A stretch of DNA of 60,455 bases, filler included, from Sphacelaria rigidula (lineage: Eukaryota): the NCBI GenBank assembly GCA_964200075.2. It is 7 parts of 7 records of this genome, joined end to end, with 100 filler letters (N's around TTAATTAATTAA, not from the genome) between each part and the next. Parts side by side here need not be neighbours in the genome. Positions count along the whole stretch, not along the records: positions 43,258 to 51,806 come from CAXNAA020010810.1; positions 51,907 to 60,455 come from CAXNAA020010811.1; 5 more parts are not named here. The stretch is one strand, 5' to 3'. The first letter of the stretch is position 1, and the number at the start of each line of letters is the position of its first letter. The notes beneath the pieces were generated by a model. The model worked only from the letters and a program-made list of their open reading frames with translations. It ran no database searches and was not told the origin of the DNA. Position numbers and translations under genes: made by a program. Below, in pieces: positions 46,438 to 60,453 of this stretch.

Positions 46438-49400
46438 CTGCCACAGCGACACCAGCGAGAGGAGGGTGGGGGACGAGGGGGGGAGAAATGAACAAAATCG
46501 AAGGCATCCAAGAGCGAACTTAAGAAAAATGGGTTCGGGGGATCTAGGTTCAGCCTGACGATGACAAGCGCCATACATCGATCACAGCGCTTTGGCAGGG
46601 GGAGATGTGGGACATTTCACAACTCTCTACTGCAGTTAAGATCACGAGCACTTCCCGAATGTGGACTGGCTGCCAGTATCATGAAACTGCTGGGAAAGTC
46701 ATTTTCCAACGTCAAAACAAGTTCGGGCGTTAGTTGTGGAGCTTGGACTCGTTGATTCAAGGCTGTGACCCGCTTGCACCTGGACGTGTGTGACTTCGAG
46801 TCAATTCGTCCATGCCCCCGTTTTCCGAACTCATCATAAATAGTGACTCGATTCAGGCTCGATCGGATACTTCTGCACCAAATACTTGCATGAATAAAAT
46901 CGACCAAATACTCCGACGAGGCTCTATACGGTTAGCTGTGCAAGGGCTTTCAAGAAACTACGTACGTGTCTCATGAGGGCTATAAAACGGATGGTACAAG
47001 GACAAGCTGCCCGTCACACTAGTTGGTTTCGCGACATTCTCCTTCATCCCTCGTGCTAACAAACACTCAGCATTCAAATGACGAGGGAGCCATAGGTGGG
47101 AGTATACGCGACACAATTTGCCAATGGAAATGACACTCGCGACAGCTATAGCGCCCACGTCCGCTTCGAGGGTTGGCCAAATCATGCGCATGTAACGCAT
47201 TTTGGTTGTGGTGGAAGCGTTGGTAACCTCAAGTAACACCGAGTGAGCATTACCGTCACTAACTTTTGCCACTACACATGCAAACGCGTGACAATATCCA
47301 ACGCAAAAAAGGACCTCAACATACGGCCACGTGTGTTGGTCGAGATAGGATGGAAGCGAGATTCGATACTGGTGCAGCAGCATGGGTGTCCCCAGGACTC
47401 GGGTCCGATGTCAACCGCCACGACGCTGATCAAGCAGGTTCCGTCTCAGTAGCCCCATCGTGATGTGGACGGAACCCGCGGGGCAGGTATCCACGTAGAT
47501 CCGCACAGCACCGCAACGTCCATCTACAAATATACCGCCCTTGGGATTTGCTACTTTGAAAAGCACGACGTACAATACTGCCATGGCCTCGAAGCGTGCG
47601 AAAAAAAAATTGACACATGAATGTACGGTGGCAATTTGCGCCCATATCCACGTATGCTCACACGTATTTGCGACTTTGGCTTGATGCAATGTACAAGTGC
47701 GCGCGAAGGTACCTGTGTACGATCAGTGTTAAATCATTCCAAATGTACTCTCATCGCACAGGGGTGCGGTGCGATCACTCCGACTTGGCGGATACTCCCG
47801 ACATGTGCGACTGTAAGTAATCACACCACCGGCGATACTGGTGTGTTCTGAACGCACAACCCCGTGCGCTGGCTCTGAAACGACAGCTATGTAGAGCTCA
47901 CGAAAGGGCCGGCGGCGGGAATGCGGGAGAGGAGGAAGGCGATGGGCTGTGAAACATCGCTACTATAGTACTAGAGAAGATCAGTGGAAGATCCGTGTTG
48001 ATTGGATCACGAGGTCGCAGCTGTGCTCCTTGCTGTGGCGTACAGCAACTTGTGACGAGCGGCTGGCTTAGAACGCAAGTTTGATTTTAAAAATGCGCGC
48101 GAAGACACAAGACCCACGCAGTTGCCTCCTGGAAGTGAACGAGTTTGCCTTCAAGGTTTTTGGCTACCGGTACTTCATGGGTTACGATCTATGTGCTTAC
48201 TCGAGTGTGAGTACCTTTTACCGCTTCAATGACATCTCCCTCATTCCGACTAAATTGTCGTTGCGATCGGAGTGATCACACTCCTGGGCGATCGCTCTGT
48301 CCACTGTGCGAAAACCGATTCAAATAATTCAAAATCGTCATTTTAATCGCATTCCAGCGCGATCGAGCTGACCCGTGCGTTCGCCCGCATCTTAACCGCA
48401 CCAAAGATGCTCCAACAAAGGTTCACAAACATGCCTCGAACGCAAACGATTAGAAAATATTCATCAAACGGTTGGCGTGACGCAGATGATATCTGTGCTG
48501 CACCGCATGCACAAGCAGTGATAAACTGCTTAACATCCCTTCATCAAAGCAGAACCTTCCAGTTTCGATATAGAGCAGGCGAGAAGGATCCTACGCACAT
48601 CATCAGAAAAGGAATGGGTTCAAATATGCTTCAGGGAATCGATCACTCTACTTGACGGGCGAAATACGGAGGAGTTCAAGATGCGACGCATATAACTGCG
48701 ATACGCTTGAGCTGGAGGAACATACCAGTCGCCATGCCTGGAGGAGCCAAATGGGAGCGGGCCAGAGACGGAGCCTGGAGGCCGCAAGCTCGATGGTACT
48801 AGGTCATTCTCCACTGGATGATTACCCAAATATCACATACCCCAAGCATAGCCAGTTACTGCAAACTGGGAATACCGGTGACAGATGTCGATAGAGTACG
48901 ATACGAAGGCGTAACCCTGTCAACGTCAACTACTACCATGTCTCCAGTTCTTCGGCAACCGGCTCTTTGACGTCGTGAATAATTCAGGACCGTGAAAAAA
49001 GCAGGAGATTTTCTGAGCACGTTCATTGGGCTAAACTATCATTCTCCGCGAACCCGATGCCGCCAGCGTGCCTTGAAAATATGTAATGACCGGTATGCGG
49101 AGGTAGCGCTGATCAAACAGGACGCAAATTCTCACACGAACAGGAGTGAGGCTGAATTATACCCTTACCTTGTATAAGGTGTAGCAGGAAAAGCCAGGAG
49201 ATATCAAAGTCGGTTCGTGTATTCAATTGGCACACGTGGCGTCTGGTGACTCGACTGCTCAAGTGCCATCTTCCGAGTTCGGGAGTTCAAATCACATCGT
49301 GAATCAGGGACAGAGCTCCGAAGCAATTAGTGGTTGTTTAATGCACGCGTTGATTGTACGCGCATCTGCAGAGCCCAGCTCAACCCTGGGGGGTTTCAAT

Positions 49401-51737
49401 GGACCAAATCTGATTGTGCTACAAGCGCAATGCGCGCTGACTTCTACAAACTCGAGCTTCGCAACCCAGTGCAGTGCGACACAAGAGGTAACAGGACTGC
49501 AGAAACAGGCGACAGTCAGCATATGTCATCAAATCGAAAATGGCGAGGATGATTCTAGCTAGCATCGCATGGTCACGACTTGTTCCAGAAAGCCATTTTG
49601 CCCGCATGCATAATAACGCACTTCACCAGACGCGATTTTGTGCATCTTCCCTCTCCTGCCTAGGGCACCTAAGCATTCGGACATATCAGTCAAGTGTTGA
49701 CTACTCAGTCGACTACCCACTCGAGCTGGATTGCACTCCACTATCCCACATCACCAGCATTGCTTGGTCAGGAACAAAAAGCGGGCAAACCGTACGCACA
49801 CACCAGCAGTGCGCTGTACCACTTGGCAAAGCGCCCTTACTTGTTTCTTCATGGCTTGTGCACCCTCGAGAGCGGATGCTGCTGTTATGGACAGCAACGA
49901 AGTGAGGGCTTGAGTTCATTCACCCTAAAGCTCACATGGCAACATGGAGCATACTAAACTCAAGAAACGGGAAGAGGGCGCCCTGGACAGGAGAAGTAAG
50001 AGTGATACAAGGAAGTGAGAGACTACAGATGGCAAGAAGATGATGCTACGATAATCTCTACTTGTTTGTACTGTATTTCTGCGCTTTACTAGATGTACAA
50101 GGCCTGCGGACCGGAAGTAATTTGTCTTCGTACTGGTGGTACTGTAAGCTGTACCGCCATCACGTGAAAGAGGTTACGGCAAGTGCTGCTGCCTGTACCG
50201 TAGACATTCAACGAATGCATCCCAACACGTTCATCCCAGAAACCCGGAATGGCAGCAGCAAACTTCATGTTCTGGTTGGCACCGCGACACAGAAATCGCA
50301 TCGTGGATCACGTAGCCGATAGACCGAAAAATAAAACAGGCGAGATATAGAAGGAGGAGAGATTTCGGAGGAAGAGAAAACCGGAACGGCACGCGCCAGG
50401 CAACGGTCTGCTGCGGTCGTAAAGGCAGAAAGAAGCCTATGCTCCCTCCATTAATCGGGTAGAGAAGTGTACGTGCAGACGTGTTCAAAGGAAGGGCGTT
50501 GCCTTGATAATCCTTCGTGTCTACGGGACACAGGTTGAAGCACGCTACCTTCACAGACCTTTTGTTCCATGGCAAGTAGGTATGATACAATCAAGGTGCA
50601 GGGCAACACGGTACGGTGCGTGCGAAAAAAACGGACATATAGAAGGAGATCGAAAGCGTTCGGGTGACACAGCAGCACCACCTGCAGGAGAGAACAAAAC
50701 TGCACGCCTAGAGTGTTCACATTGAACCACGTTCGAAAATAGAAATCATCTAACGGCAGTCTGGACGGAAATTAGACGATGCATTGAACCCTCCTCCCTT
50801 CTGTCCCACCTCCCTCCCTTGTCTCGGGCACTCAAGAACGCTGGAGTGTGGCCATTCTCGGGCAACCGCAGCAATGCGGTATCAGAGAGCTTGCTCTCTG
50901 ATTCACAGTACCGTACCGCGGTGCATAAAAAAAGGACTCACTATTCAGGGTTCATCTTGGCTTGAGTGCTGTGCTGCACCTGGACCCGCAGCTCGCGTAC
51001 TACTGTTGACCCTCGTCAGCGCTTGTCTCTCTATCGCCCAGGTTCCTTCCTTTTTTGCAACCTGCCAAGTTCCCACGCTGTAGCTGGTTTAACTTTCTTG
51101 GTATCACTCTTCCTTATTCTATCCAACAGAATGTAATTGGTACAGCTTGTCGGTCGTCGGCCCATGTACAACTACATAGGAGGCGTCAACTATATGCTTT
51201 TTGTGGAAGATACTATTTGGATAAATTCTCAGACCCGATGACCATTATGAGAACTTTCAGTTTTAAGGTTTTAACCCATACCCTTAACGAGTATCCAGTT
51301 TCGGGAAAGTATGGAATTTCTTCGTCCGCTATAATTAACAGTGTAAGATTTCACTAGGCTAACACAACGAAATGCCTGTGACTCCCCCGCAGACGTAAGT
51401 TGTTAACTTTCTTCTGTTGTACTGTGCTTTTGTCGCCCCTCCTTCCCTACCAGGCAGGATGCTGGTGGCGGTCGCAAATGATTCGTGAATCGGCACTAAA
51501 TACTTTATACGAGTACTTTGACTTGATAAATTTATCGAAGCCCCAGGCAAACCACGCTGGCCGCAACAAGGGGAGTCAATCGATGTTGCCACAATCGACC
51601 AAAGTATCATGATCACTACTAAATACAAACGGGTACCAGACATAGCCACGAGTATACAGTAGCAGCAGCAGTGTTGTTGTGTGTGGAGAAGTTCTCTCCA
51701 CCGAAAAAATAACGTTTTTTCCTTGGGCACACTTGAG

Positions 51738-51806
51738 TTGGGGGGTTCGATTCCCGGAGCGATCTGGAATCTTTTCTCACACCATGCTCAACAGTGGAGA
51801 GCGACT
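51738..51806 (+). mobile_element. tRNA-derived SINE fragment at the contig end
   Basis: gggttcgattcccggagcgatctgg...acagtggagagcgac matches the other SINE copies. Confidence 0.7.
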
Positions 51807-51906
51807 NNNNNNNNNNNNNNNNNNNNNNNNNNNNNNNNNNNNNNNNNNNNTTAATTAATTAANNNNNNNNNNNNNNNNNNNNNNNNNNNNNNNNNNNNNN
51901 NNNNNN
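51807..51906. other. Artificial contig spacer
   Basis: Same 100-bp structure. Confidence 0.97.
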
Positions 51907-51965
51907 TTTGTTGCTTGCCTTAGTCATTTGACCATTGACCACGCATCCCTTTCGAGACGGAGCAT
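51907..51965 (-). mobile_element. Second short LINE family A tail, in tandem with the long copy
   Basis: Duplicate 3' tail separated from the long copy by a G tract at 51966-51985. Confidence 0.75.
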
Positions 51966-51985
51966 GGGGAGGAGGGGGGGGGGGG

Positions 51986-54800
51986 CGTACTCATTTGTAG
52001 CTTGCCTTAGTTGTTGGACCGTTGACCCCACATCCGTTTTGAGACGGAGCCCCGTTACTACTCCTGATAGAGACACCTCCGACATTTTGGCGCTCATTAT
52101 ATTTTTTTCCAAACATCACACAAAAATCGGTCGCGTTTCTTATCCCTTTTCTCTTTCGCCATCTGTGACCATCTATCTCCTAGCATACCGATCGTTTTCT
52201 CGCTACTGTCTAATGTACCAAATACTCTCATGCCACCTTCGTGCACTTTTCACATTTTCCGTCTCCAACATGTCCCGTGCCTCCTTGTATAGTTCACGTT
52301 CGACCACTTTGAGCTCCATTCTCTATTGCTTCACCACAGAGGCAATTCTGCGCACCTTCTTCCTCCTCCAGCAACTCCTGGTATACTTTTTCAGACTGGC
52401 AGGTCCAGGTATCCCGCTCGGGATCGGTGTTTTATTCTTTTCGCGGAGTCCATTGGACTGTACAGATATGTTCCCATCCTATCTCCTCTCTCAACCCCCG
52501 GTATATCTTAACGTACCCTTCCTTGTCTCCTGTCTGAGCGCCTTTCCCCGCCTTATTTCTATCATGTCCCTTGGTCATATCTTGTACCTGTGGACATTAT
52601 CTCGTCTTTGTTTACCCATGTCTTTTCATACTTTCTCGACTACGCTATTCCATTGTATTCCAGCCCCACCTTTGGCAACCTTCTTCCACACAGCCCTATC
52701 AACTATGGCTGGCGAATTTCTCACCATGATTCCTACACTCCACTGTTTTTTCAATCTTGCCATACCTATTTGTTTCAACTGGGTATATTCACAATTCTGC
52801 GTCCCATGCCCGCTTACTCGTCGTTTTGAGCATTCGAGTGTTTTCTTAGGTGCTGTCATCTGTACCGTTTCCAACTTCTTCACCCACTTCGCGTTTCTCC
52901 CCTGTATTTCTCCTGCATGTTCCAGCTTTGGTACAATCACGTTCATCAGAATACATATCCTAATCCTAGTATCTAGGTGTAAATCCCTGAGGACCACGTC
53001 CGTCCGTCTGTGTCTTACCCTCGTCTGTGTCTTACCCTCGTCTGTGTCTTACCCTTCTCTATTGCTTTATCCATGTATGCATCCTAAGAACAGTTTTTCG
53101 AGATTTCTACCCCAAGGTATGTATACTGGTCTACGATCGGCAATTTCTCTTGTTCCCATTTCCATTTGAACTCTACCGGGTTCGTCTTATCGTTGTTACA
53201 TACAAGTAACGCGCATTTGTTCACGTTCATTGTCACCCTTATACTAACGCATTTTCCATGCGTTTTTACAATCCTTCTGGTGTTCCTGATATCCTCATAA
53301 AATAATCCGCAAACATCAATCCCGATACCGTATGATCAACCTTTACTCCTTGCTTTGCTGCTTCTGTTGTTAGCACGTCAATAATAAACACCTTGAAAAA
53401 AGTGGGTAATAACGTAGATCCTTGTGCAACTTCTTGTCAATGATGAAAATATTTCAACATTTCTTCATCTAGCACCATAGCATTTCTCGCACGTTCTGTC
53501 ATCTTTTTCACCGTTTTCCACATTTTCCCTCTGATCCCAGTTTTCCACGTCTTTCTCCACAGCCCTCTTCTTCATATTTTGTCATATGCCTTCTGTGCGT
53601 CTAGAAAGAAAGGGTACGTTGCTGGCCCAGCGTTTTTCACACCTTGAATAATCTCACCTGATGTGTACACATGGTCTACGGAGCTCTAGTTTGGTCAAAA
53701 CCCTGCTCGCGCCTCGCTGTTTTTTTTTCCTTTTCTAGCATCGTTCCTACTTTATCGTTTAGAATATCACAGAATGCTTTCCGCACGGTGCTCAGTAGCG
53801 TTACTCCTCTGCAATTCCTTTGCTCAGCCTTGTCTCCTCTCTCGGAAAGGCTTGCTCCAACTCCTTCTCTCCACCTCTTGGGTGTGTACTCGTTTTCCCA
53901 GATCCAATTATACAACATTACCATAATAACAATCGTTTCCTCTTCCCCGTACTTCATAAATTCGTTCACTACTTAGTCTGCCTCTGCCGCCTTTCTGTTT
54001 CTGAGTTTAGCTACACACTCCTCTTTCCTCCTCTTTTTTGAACTCTCTATACCAGTCTTTCGAGCCATAGTCTTCTTTTGAATCCCTCCGCATTTGCCTC
54101 TGCCCATGCGTTGATTTCTTCCTCGAATTTGCGTCAAACGTCTTGTGAGTTGTTGTTCCCAGTTTTCGGCAGTCCTGTGCTGGTACTTCCCCTTCGAATT
54201 TTCACCATTTTTCCGTCCTGTGCTCTTAGTGTGGCTATCTTCTTGTCTGTATCTCTTGACTGTTTGTCCCAGTATCCCTTTTATCCCCTTTCGCATCTGC
54301 TTCATCCCGCCATTTCACCCTCTACTCGTTTTTTGAATTACTTTTTTCATATTCTCTTCTTTCACTTTTTCTACCTACATCTTTACCTCCTTTCTAGCTC
54401 AGGAATACTTCTCCCACCCTGTAGTGTTACTCAGTGTACATCTTTCGCAGGCCTCTCTTCTCACTCTCACAGCCTCTTTTTCTTTCACGTCCAACCATTT
54501 TACTGTTTGCATACGGTCTGTTTCTTTTCTATGACTTTACTTGCTGTGGTCTGCACTAATGGTTCCCATCCTTCTATGATCATCGCTCCTGCCTAGTTCA
54601 TTTCTATTTCGGTATGAGTTGTACCTATGCTTTCCAACAGCTCGGAATGTTTCAGTACATTTTCTGTGATCTCTTCTGGGAATTATTGTTGCTTTTCTTT
54701 TATTCTAGTTTACCCATTTTTCATATGTACAACTTTCTACCTCACCTTTTTGTCACCATTCTCGTCTGCTGAATGTATGTCCATATTATCCAACGATTCG
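51986..54800 (-). mobile_element. Decayed LINE (non-LTR retrotransposon) with a reverse transcriptase domain
   Basis: Minus-strand RT motifs: PKRWREG...GDK...RGVTLLSTV.K.F..ILN, FFLDAQKAYD, VAQGSTL.PTFF, GLMFAD, PKLEHA. Many stops and frameshifts. A 17-bp x3 repeat lies at 53005-53055. The 5' boundary is approximate. Confidence 0.88.
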
Positions 54801-54865
54801 TGGTTTTCACGGCCACAGGGGGTACATGTAGTTCTATTCCCTTGCTATTTTTTGCGCCCCTGTGG

Positions 54866-55305
54866 TGTAATGATCCGACAGTCGCCATTAGGGTGGAGAG
54901 AACGACCGTTCGGTTCCCGATTTGTCGGGAGTTATTCTTCGTAGTGTCAACAAAAACCTCTTTGCAGTAACATATCAGAGACTGAGGTCACGCATGTATA
55001 AAGAGCCAGAGCAAGTAGGTACAAGTGGGAACGGTCCGAATGGACCAGATTCCCGAGGACCCTGTAATGCCAACGAAACTAGACAACTCGGGGTGATGCC
55101 AGCAAGAGCCTAATATTGAGGACGGTCCAACATCCCCCGAGAACCTGGTCGCCCCCAGCGACCACTCTGTGTCTGACCCAATTTCTTGCCTATATCTCAC
55201 AAGAGGAAATCATCGTCAGCTTCGGAGTTCCTTCGGCATCAGGACGATGTCTCTTGGGACAGCCTCTTCCTTAGTCTGTCCCCCCTTGGATACGTCCTCC
55301 TTACA
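54866..55305 (+). repeat. Probable 5' LTR (440 bp)
   Basis: Starts TGTAA and ends TTACA (perfect inverted termini), followed after one base by a TGG primer-binding site. The 3' LTR is not in the window. Confidence 0.7.
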
Positions 55306-55306
55306 T

Positions 55307-55320
55307 TGGCGACACCAGAA
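55307..55320 (+). promoter_or_regulatory. tRNA primer-binding site
   Basis: TGGCGACACCAGAA just after the LTR end, complementary to a tRNA ending ...GUGUCG-CCA. Confidence 0.65.
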
Positions 55321-55366
55321 TAGAACTCAAGTAAGACATCTAGTAGTAGGGCACACGTCTTTCACC

Positions 55367-57130
55367 ATGCCGAGAAAGAAATCCGCCCACAAAAAATCCA
55401 CCAGAACAACTACTCAGGGAAGGGTCACCGCGAAGACCCTCCAGCATCCAACTGCGGCCGTCACGCCATCAGCTTCCACCTCGGCGGCGAAAGCGGCAGA
55501 GTCCAGAGCGCAGCACAACCAGTAGTACCTGCGCCGACCGACACATCCCTGCCCGCTCAACTTCCGTGTAGCCACGAGGGGGAAAGCGACAGCGACAGCT
55601 CTGATGACTCTAAGCGGAGCACCGATATCCGTCAGGTGTCCACCGGTAGGTTTGATGCGCTTCGCGACCCCACCAAACTATCCGCATCCTCTACACCACC
55701 ACCTACGCCACAACCCATCATCAAAGAAAAGGCAGCAGAGCTCGCATACAGGGCGTTGGAGAGGAGCGACGAGGAGGGTACGGAGCCAGCTCTGTGGGTG
55801 ATGCAAGCTTTGGGGTTTTCGATACCGCAAGAGCAGGGAGTTTCGAGGGTATCGAAATCGAGCAACCCCGTAGCATCGGAAATAGAACATCCAAGTAACA
55901 GTACGATGCTACAAAACAATACGAGTAAAACCCAGGATAGTGTCAATGATCCAGTCGATAATTTCGACGTCAAACTGCCGAACACTACGCCGATCCAATC
56001 CACAGAGAGCTCAGGGACTTTGACGTTAGATACGCCAACAAGCCTCACTAACGTACAAGAAAACAGCCACAACGTAGAGCCTCTGTCTTGTTCAGTGCTG
56101 ACTCCGCCATCTACAAGCCATAGTAGCACCATAAGAACTCATTTTTTTTCGATGAAACAATCGAATCTCCCATCAACGTTAATCCTAGAAGGAAAGTGGA
56201 GTGAGGACGTGCCAGCAGTTCTCGATGCCTTCCTCAATCGAGTCAGGATTCATTCCCCTGACGATTGCACAGAATCCACAGTACAACGGCACGCCATGAA
56301 ACACTCACCACGTATCCTCAGAGGATCAGCAGAAACGTTACACACCCCTCTCGGAAGCAGAAAAGTAGAGTGGCGCCCACTAGCTGTACTGCAAGACCTC
56401 AAATCGAGAGGAAAAGATACTGCACCCATCGCTCCAAAAACGTGGACAGAATGGGTAGCGGCCTACACCCATCGCTTCTCTCCCCCAAACCAACCAGCAC
56501 TGTTAGCCCGTGCGATACCCGATCTTAAACAGGAAGAAGATCAGAACGTAGACGACTATGCACTGGAGTGTACGACTTCGATGGACAGATTCGTGACTGA
56601 GGCCTTGCGGGTGAAATTCCCTGGCCACGACACGCTTCGCTTCATAATAGACGTGATTACAACAGCATTTGAGACCGGACTCAAACCCCATATCAGAGTT
56701 GAAATGGTGAGAGAAGATAGTACACTCGACTTCCAAACTGCGACAGCACGAGCGAAAAAATACGAACAAAACAATCTCCGCACATGGCAAAACCAAACTA
56801 GAGACACTCCCCATGTCTCGGCCGCAACCGTAAATTCTCCACCACCACAGCTAGCGGAAATGATAGCCGATCATGGCGCAATCCTTACGGATCTTCAGTC
56901 GCAGTCAAGAGCGATCGAAGGAGAGAGAGGGAGAGCGAAGAAACGGTCTGACAGGAGCGCGAATAGATCAGGGGGAGAGTTGAAAAAAGTACGCTTCAAA
57001 GACAGTAACAATAAGAGTACATCCAATGACAAGCAGCTGAGCGGTATAACGAAATAATTGGTCCGTTGTGAGTACGCACCATGCAGGTACAAAAACACAC
57101 GAGACAGCGGATTGCCGCCTTATGCAGAGC
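55367..57130 (+). pseudogene. gag: Ty3/Gypsy gag (disrupted)
   Basis: ATG at 55367, stop at 55523, then a frame change into ORF 55636-57057 (WTEW...RFSPP...LKQEEDQNVDDY). A broken CCHC knuckle follows the stop at 57057. Confidence 0.7.
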
Positions 57131-57175
57131 CATGTAGAGTTTGAAAAAAAATACAACCCGTAAAGACGCCCAAGA

Positions 57176-57952
57176 GTGGACCCCTCGTCTGATCAGGGCA
57201 GAAACGGTAAATCCTTACGTAGAAAATCGAGGGAGACAGAAGGACGCGAAATCGTCAACCCTCTGGCTCGTAAGATGGGAGAGTTTCATTTTTCTGACAG
57301 TACGGCAGACCAACCACGGAGAATGCGTAAGAGGTCTCGGGTAGAGGTCAACCATGTACGAGATGAGCACGAGCAGGAGCATAGCAGCAGAGGGCAGAGT
57401 ACAAATAGCGAATGCGTAGAACAAACACAACGTATATTTTTAGCTCCGCAGGCGGCTTTTGTGAGTAACTCATTGCAGAAGAATAAAAAATCGAAACACC
57501 AATCTTCGTTATCAAACCCGATCCTAGATGATCAGTGTTATGGCTCTTACAACGCATCTTCGCTTGCCAGATATACAGTCGCACCTTTAGCACTGTCCTG
57601 TGCATCAGTCCGTGTGAGAGTCACAGCCAGAGTAAACGGCACCCCCGCTGAAAAAATCACAATTGATTCCGCAGCAGATGTGCCCTGTATCAGCAAAAAG
57701 TTCATCGATGAACACCCGGCCATAAGTACAGCTGATATTAAGCCAGTACCGCCGGGGTCGATAGACCTCAGAAGTGCGGACGGCTCCCCCATAAAATTTT
57801 TTGGTTTCATACGTTTCGAACTTTCGTTAGGGATAAAAACCCTACCAGTAGAAGCGTTCGTATTGCCTAACCTAGGACCGGATTGCCTGTTACAGGACAA
57901 TTCCGTTATGAGTGCTTTCAAGCTATACCCGACTGGCAAGCGGAAGAGCTAA
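57176..57952 (+). pseudogene. Ty3/Gypsy aspartic protease region
   Basis: KITIDSAADVPCIS...LRSADGSPI...LPVEAFVLPNLGPD. Frameshifted from the downstream pol near 57920. Confidence 0.75.
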
Positions 57953-60453
57953 CATTCCGCGATTCCAGTATAAAAGTCAAAGCATCGTATCGAAAACAAC
58001 AGCGTCCACAAAATACAACACACCCCGGAACGACACATTGTTCTGTAGTCAGTGTGACCTGTTCTAACGCTGTTCCATTTTTTCTGACGAAGAAATGCAA
58101 TGTGCCCCCGCAGAGTGAGATGGCTGTATTAGTTGAAACGGGAAATACCCCGTCAAGAACAACAGCAGCCGTCGTAGGGCCACGCATTATAACCGAAGAA
58201 GACATTCGATCAACCGATGTACCCCAAGCGTTCACGCGCATCATCGTTGCAAGGACGGTGTGCACATGGTCGGCAACAAATAAAACGGCAATGGTGCAGA
58301 TCGCGAATCCATCGAATCGATATGTAAACCTGAAACGTAATACGATTTTAGGCTATATCACCCCAGTACGAGAAACAAAACAAGCTACAGTCAGTGCAAT
58401 GGCGGGAAATAAGGGGTCAGAGAGAAAAAATGCGAAAGAGGAATTACGTCCGGCTTTACGCAAAGGTTTCGAAAATACGACCTTTTCCCCGGAACAATGC
58501 TCTCAAATACTGGATCTTTGTGCAAAATACCGCTCTGTGTTTTCACTTAATCCGCGGGAGTTGGGCTGTTGTACGTTAGATGAAGCACGTTTACCGCTCA
58601 AACCTGGGACTCAACCGGTAGACCGAGCACCATATAGAGCAAACCCCAGAGTGCAAGACGCAATCGACAAATGCGTCGACCAAATGGAAAAAGATGGTAT
58701 AGTCAAACAACGCCCAAGCCCGTGGGGATCAGCGGTTACAATAGTCGCAAAAGCAGATGGAACAGCGCGATTTTGCGTGAATTATCGAGCAACAATAAAT
58801 AAAAACTTGATTCGCAAATCATGGCCCATGCCAGCTATCGAAAGTCACATAGATACAGTGGCGGGGGCGAAATTCATAACAGTTTGCGATGTACGAAGTG
58901 CGTTCCACCAGATACCAGTAGCGGAAGGCAAGAAAGAGAAAACAGCGTTTGTAACTCAGAGAGGGAAATGGGTGTTCAACCGGTTACCATTTGCTTTAGC
59001 GTGTTCACCCTCTATCTTCTCACGCATAATGGCACTAGCATTCGCACACTTCGGACTTAAGAGTGGCTTACTAGTGTATATGGATGACATAATTTGTTGT
59101 TCATCAAGCTGGGAGAGTCATCTCACCCTACTAGGAAGCACGTTCCAAGCACTGCAAACAGCAGGTCTTACACTAAAGCCGACAAAAATCCAAATTGGTC
59201 CAAAGCAAGTCAAATATTTGGGTCATGTACTGTCCGCAGGTGGCATCAGAGTGAGTGATAAAAGAATAAAAGCTATCCTCGACTTGTCGAAACCCACAAA
59301 TATCAAAGAGTTGAGATCTGTACTTGGGACAATAAACTTCGTACGGAAATTCATACCAGACTTGGCTACAACCATAGCACCACTGGTGGATCTCACAAAG
59401 AAAGGGGCGGCAAAACAAGTGTCGAAACTCTGGAATACTGAACACGATGAAGCCTTCGAGAGTATTAAAAAATTGATGACTGAGGCACCCGTCCTTCATT
59501 TTCCAGATTTCACGAAAGACTTCATCATAAACGTTGATGCTTCAGACCGTGGGGCCGGGGCCTACGTCTCCCGAAAGAAAGGCGAAGACGAGGCAATCGT
59601 AACATACTTTAGTCAACGTTTCAACGACGCCCAGGCCCGCTATTCGCCCACCATGAAAGAATGTTACGCGGTCGTACTAGCGATTCAACATTTCAGAGCT
59701 TTTCTCTGGGGACGTCACCTTACGTGTGTAACAGACCATGCCGCTCTTCGATATTTGTATGCGATGCAGGATACAAGTAATATGTTGACCCGATGGGCGA
59801 TCGCATTGAAATCGTATGATTTCACGGTCAAACATGAACCGGGGAAACTTCATGTTATACCGGACACCCTCTCACGGCTATTTTCGTTTGAGAAGCGACA
59901 GGAAGCAGAAATCAAGCCCTTGCTTGCGCCGATATGCCGTAACGTCCCAGAAAACCCTGAGTTACAGATAGCTAAGCCACAACATGAGTTCCAGATTGCA
60001 GCTGAAAAGCTCGACAATTTGAAACCGGTGCAAAGTGATCGAGAGTTGTTCACCGTGAAATCAGTACACGTAAGCGCAGCGATCGTCTTCACGTCAATCA
60101 ACCGCAATAAATTGCGAGAAGAGCAAGCACTAGAGTACGGTCCCTACATCGAATATATCACGGGAAAAGATGCTCCGATACCAGAAAAAGAATCGCTCAC
60201 ATCGATGTCACATTATTCAGTACATGACGGGATTTTATTCAAATCGTACTTGCCGAGACACTTGAAAAAACGAAGCACAGTTTGTGACCAACTTGTGCCA
60301 CCTAAGACCCTAATAGGCTTGGTGCTACATGCGTACCATGACCACGGACTATCAGGAGGCCACTTAGGATTCAAGCGAACATACGACAAAATCCGACCGA
60401 AGTATTATTGGCCATCAATGAACCGCGATATCAAGGATTGGTGCTTAAAATGT
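57922..60453 (+). CDS. pol: Ty3/Gypsy pol (RT, RNase H, start of integrase), open to the window end
   Basis: Absent from the ORF track because it has no stop before the end. Motifs: SPWGSAVTIVAKADG.ARFCVNYR, TAFVT, VYMDD, VKYLGH, DAS, KECYAVV, TDH, H-x7-H...YYWPSM...C-x2-C. Confidence 0.9.

Noticed and set aside
51928-53169. 413-aa plus-strand ORF rich in F/L/S that looks like a membrane protein
   Set aside because: It is the antisense shadow of the purine-rich LINE coding strand. The same applies to 9473-10559 (-) and 54078-54596 (+).
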